DNA of 62,713 bases, the filler included, from Diploschistes diacapsis (lineage: Eukaryota): assembly GCA_023645945.1 (NCBI GenBank). It is 19 parts of 19 records of this genome, joined end to end, with 100 filler letters (N's around TTAATTAATTAA, not from the genome) between each part and the next. Parts side by side here need not be neighbours in the genome. Positions count along the whole stretch, not along the records: positions 60,692 to 62,713 come from JALAIB010002430.1; 18 more parts are not named here. The stretch is one strand, 5' to 3'. The notes beneath the pieces were generated by a model that saw nothing but the letters and a program-made list of their open reading frames with translations, made no database searches and had not been told where the DNA came from. The position numbers were made by a program, and so were the translations under genes. Each line of letters begins with the position of its first letter. The stretch's first letter is position 1. Positions 61,670 to 62,713 of this stretch are shown piece after piece.

Positions 61670-62713
61670 TTATTTTTTTTTCAACATTATCGGCCCGATG
61701 ATTCGCCGAAAGGTTTAATATAAAGTATTAAATAAAAAAGAATCCTAAGTCGTAAAATAACGATATTTTTTCTAACTTCTCGTAATCGGTCCGTCGAACG
61801 AATCCAATTTTCTCGTTCTATCGCTCGTTATAAGATCCTCGCTACTTCTTTTTATAAATATTATTCTTTTAATAATAAATCCTATTTCGTTATACTATCT
61901 AGTTCTAAAGTCTTAAAATGTTCGGAATATATACGCCGTGATCGTTCTTACGTAGAAATATCGTGGGCTCGTCTAAAACGGATATAAGATGTATTAAAAC
62001 GGTTTATATAAAAGGATATTAATCTGTTTCTCGAACTTGCTCGTCGTATCGAGCGAAATAAATTTCTTTTATAAAAAACATAAACCCGTATTAATATAAA
62101 GATAGAATATTTGGCGGAATCATTGGCTGCGAAGGATAAAGATTTAGGCCGTATTATGATTAATATGTCGATGTTTGAGGCGGAGATTCTCGACGGAAAT
62201 CTATCTTTTTTTATTAATGATCCCGGGGAGTTGTTTTCGTTAAATAGGGGCGTCGTTGTCTAGTTAATTAACCTCTTTAGTTTCGTTGATCCTAAATCGA
62301 CCAATCCGTTGCCCAGTAAGTTCTCTTATACCCCTCTAGCTTACTTTTATAGTTAATTAGGTTCGTTGAAGGTTCCCACGTGTCTTAACTTTCTGGGTAT
62401 CCTTTCTACCTAATTCGGAATTTTTTATTCTTGTGGTCCACGATTTTTTCGATTTCGTATTCGTTTTCGTTATCTGGTTTAAAGTAGAAGATTTCTTGCA
62501 ACGGTATGTCTGGATGTGCTGGTTTAAGGTATCGGGAGTGGAATATTGGGTGGATTTTCGCGTCCTTTAGTAACTTGAATCGATAATTAACTCGTTTAGT
62601 TTCGTCCGGTATGACGGGTTGTTTATCGACAAGGAAGGGTCTGATTTTGACGTAATCTAGTTTCTTAAAGGGTTTACGTGTTTTAAAATTATTTATATAT
62701 AAATAGACCTTAT

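Overview
This is fungal (filamentous ascomycete) DNA made of 19 contigs joined by 100-nt artificial spacers (N-run + TTAATTAATTAA + N-run). Eighteen contigs are ~2.0 kb. Most of these are AT-rich transposon debris with RIP-like mutation (Gypsy/chromovirus, Copia, pogo/Fot1, Tc1, a hAT-type MITE family, solo LTRs); one carries an intact SEC20 gene and one a HET-6-like pseudogene. The one large contig (15004-39299) holds a compact, apparently intact 7-gene aromatic polyketide cluster. Its genes are an FAD monooxygenase, a questin-oxidase/AflY-like ring-cleavage enzyme, an O-methyltransferase, an MDR oxidoreductase, a cytochrome P450, an AflR-type Zn2Cys6 regulator and a non-reducing PKS (SAT-KS-MAT-PT-ACP-ACP-R, the Fsr1/PGL1 architecture). 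All three tailoring-gene promoters share a CGG-N3-CCG(AA) motif. The best 'new system' candidate is this fusarubin-type aldehyde-releasing PKS coupled to a quinone ring-cleaving enzyme and a P450, which suggests a ring-cleaved (seco) heptaketide product. The product identity is inference only.
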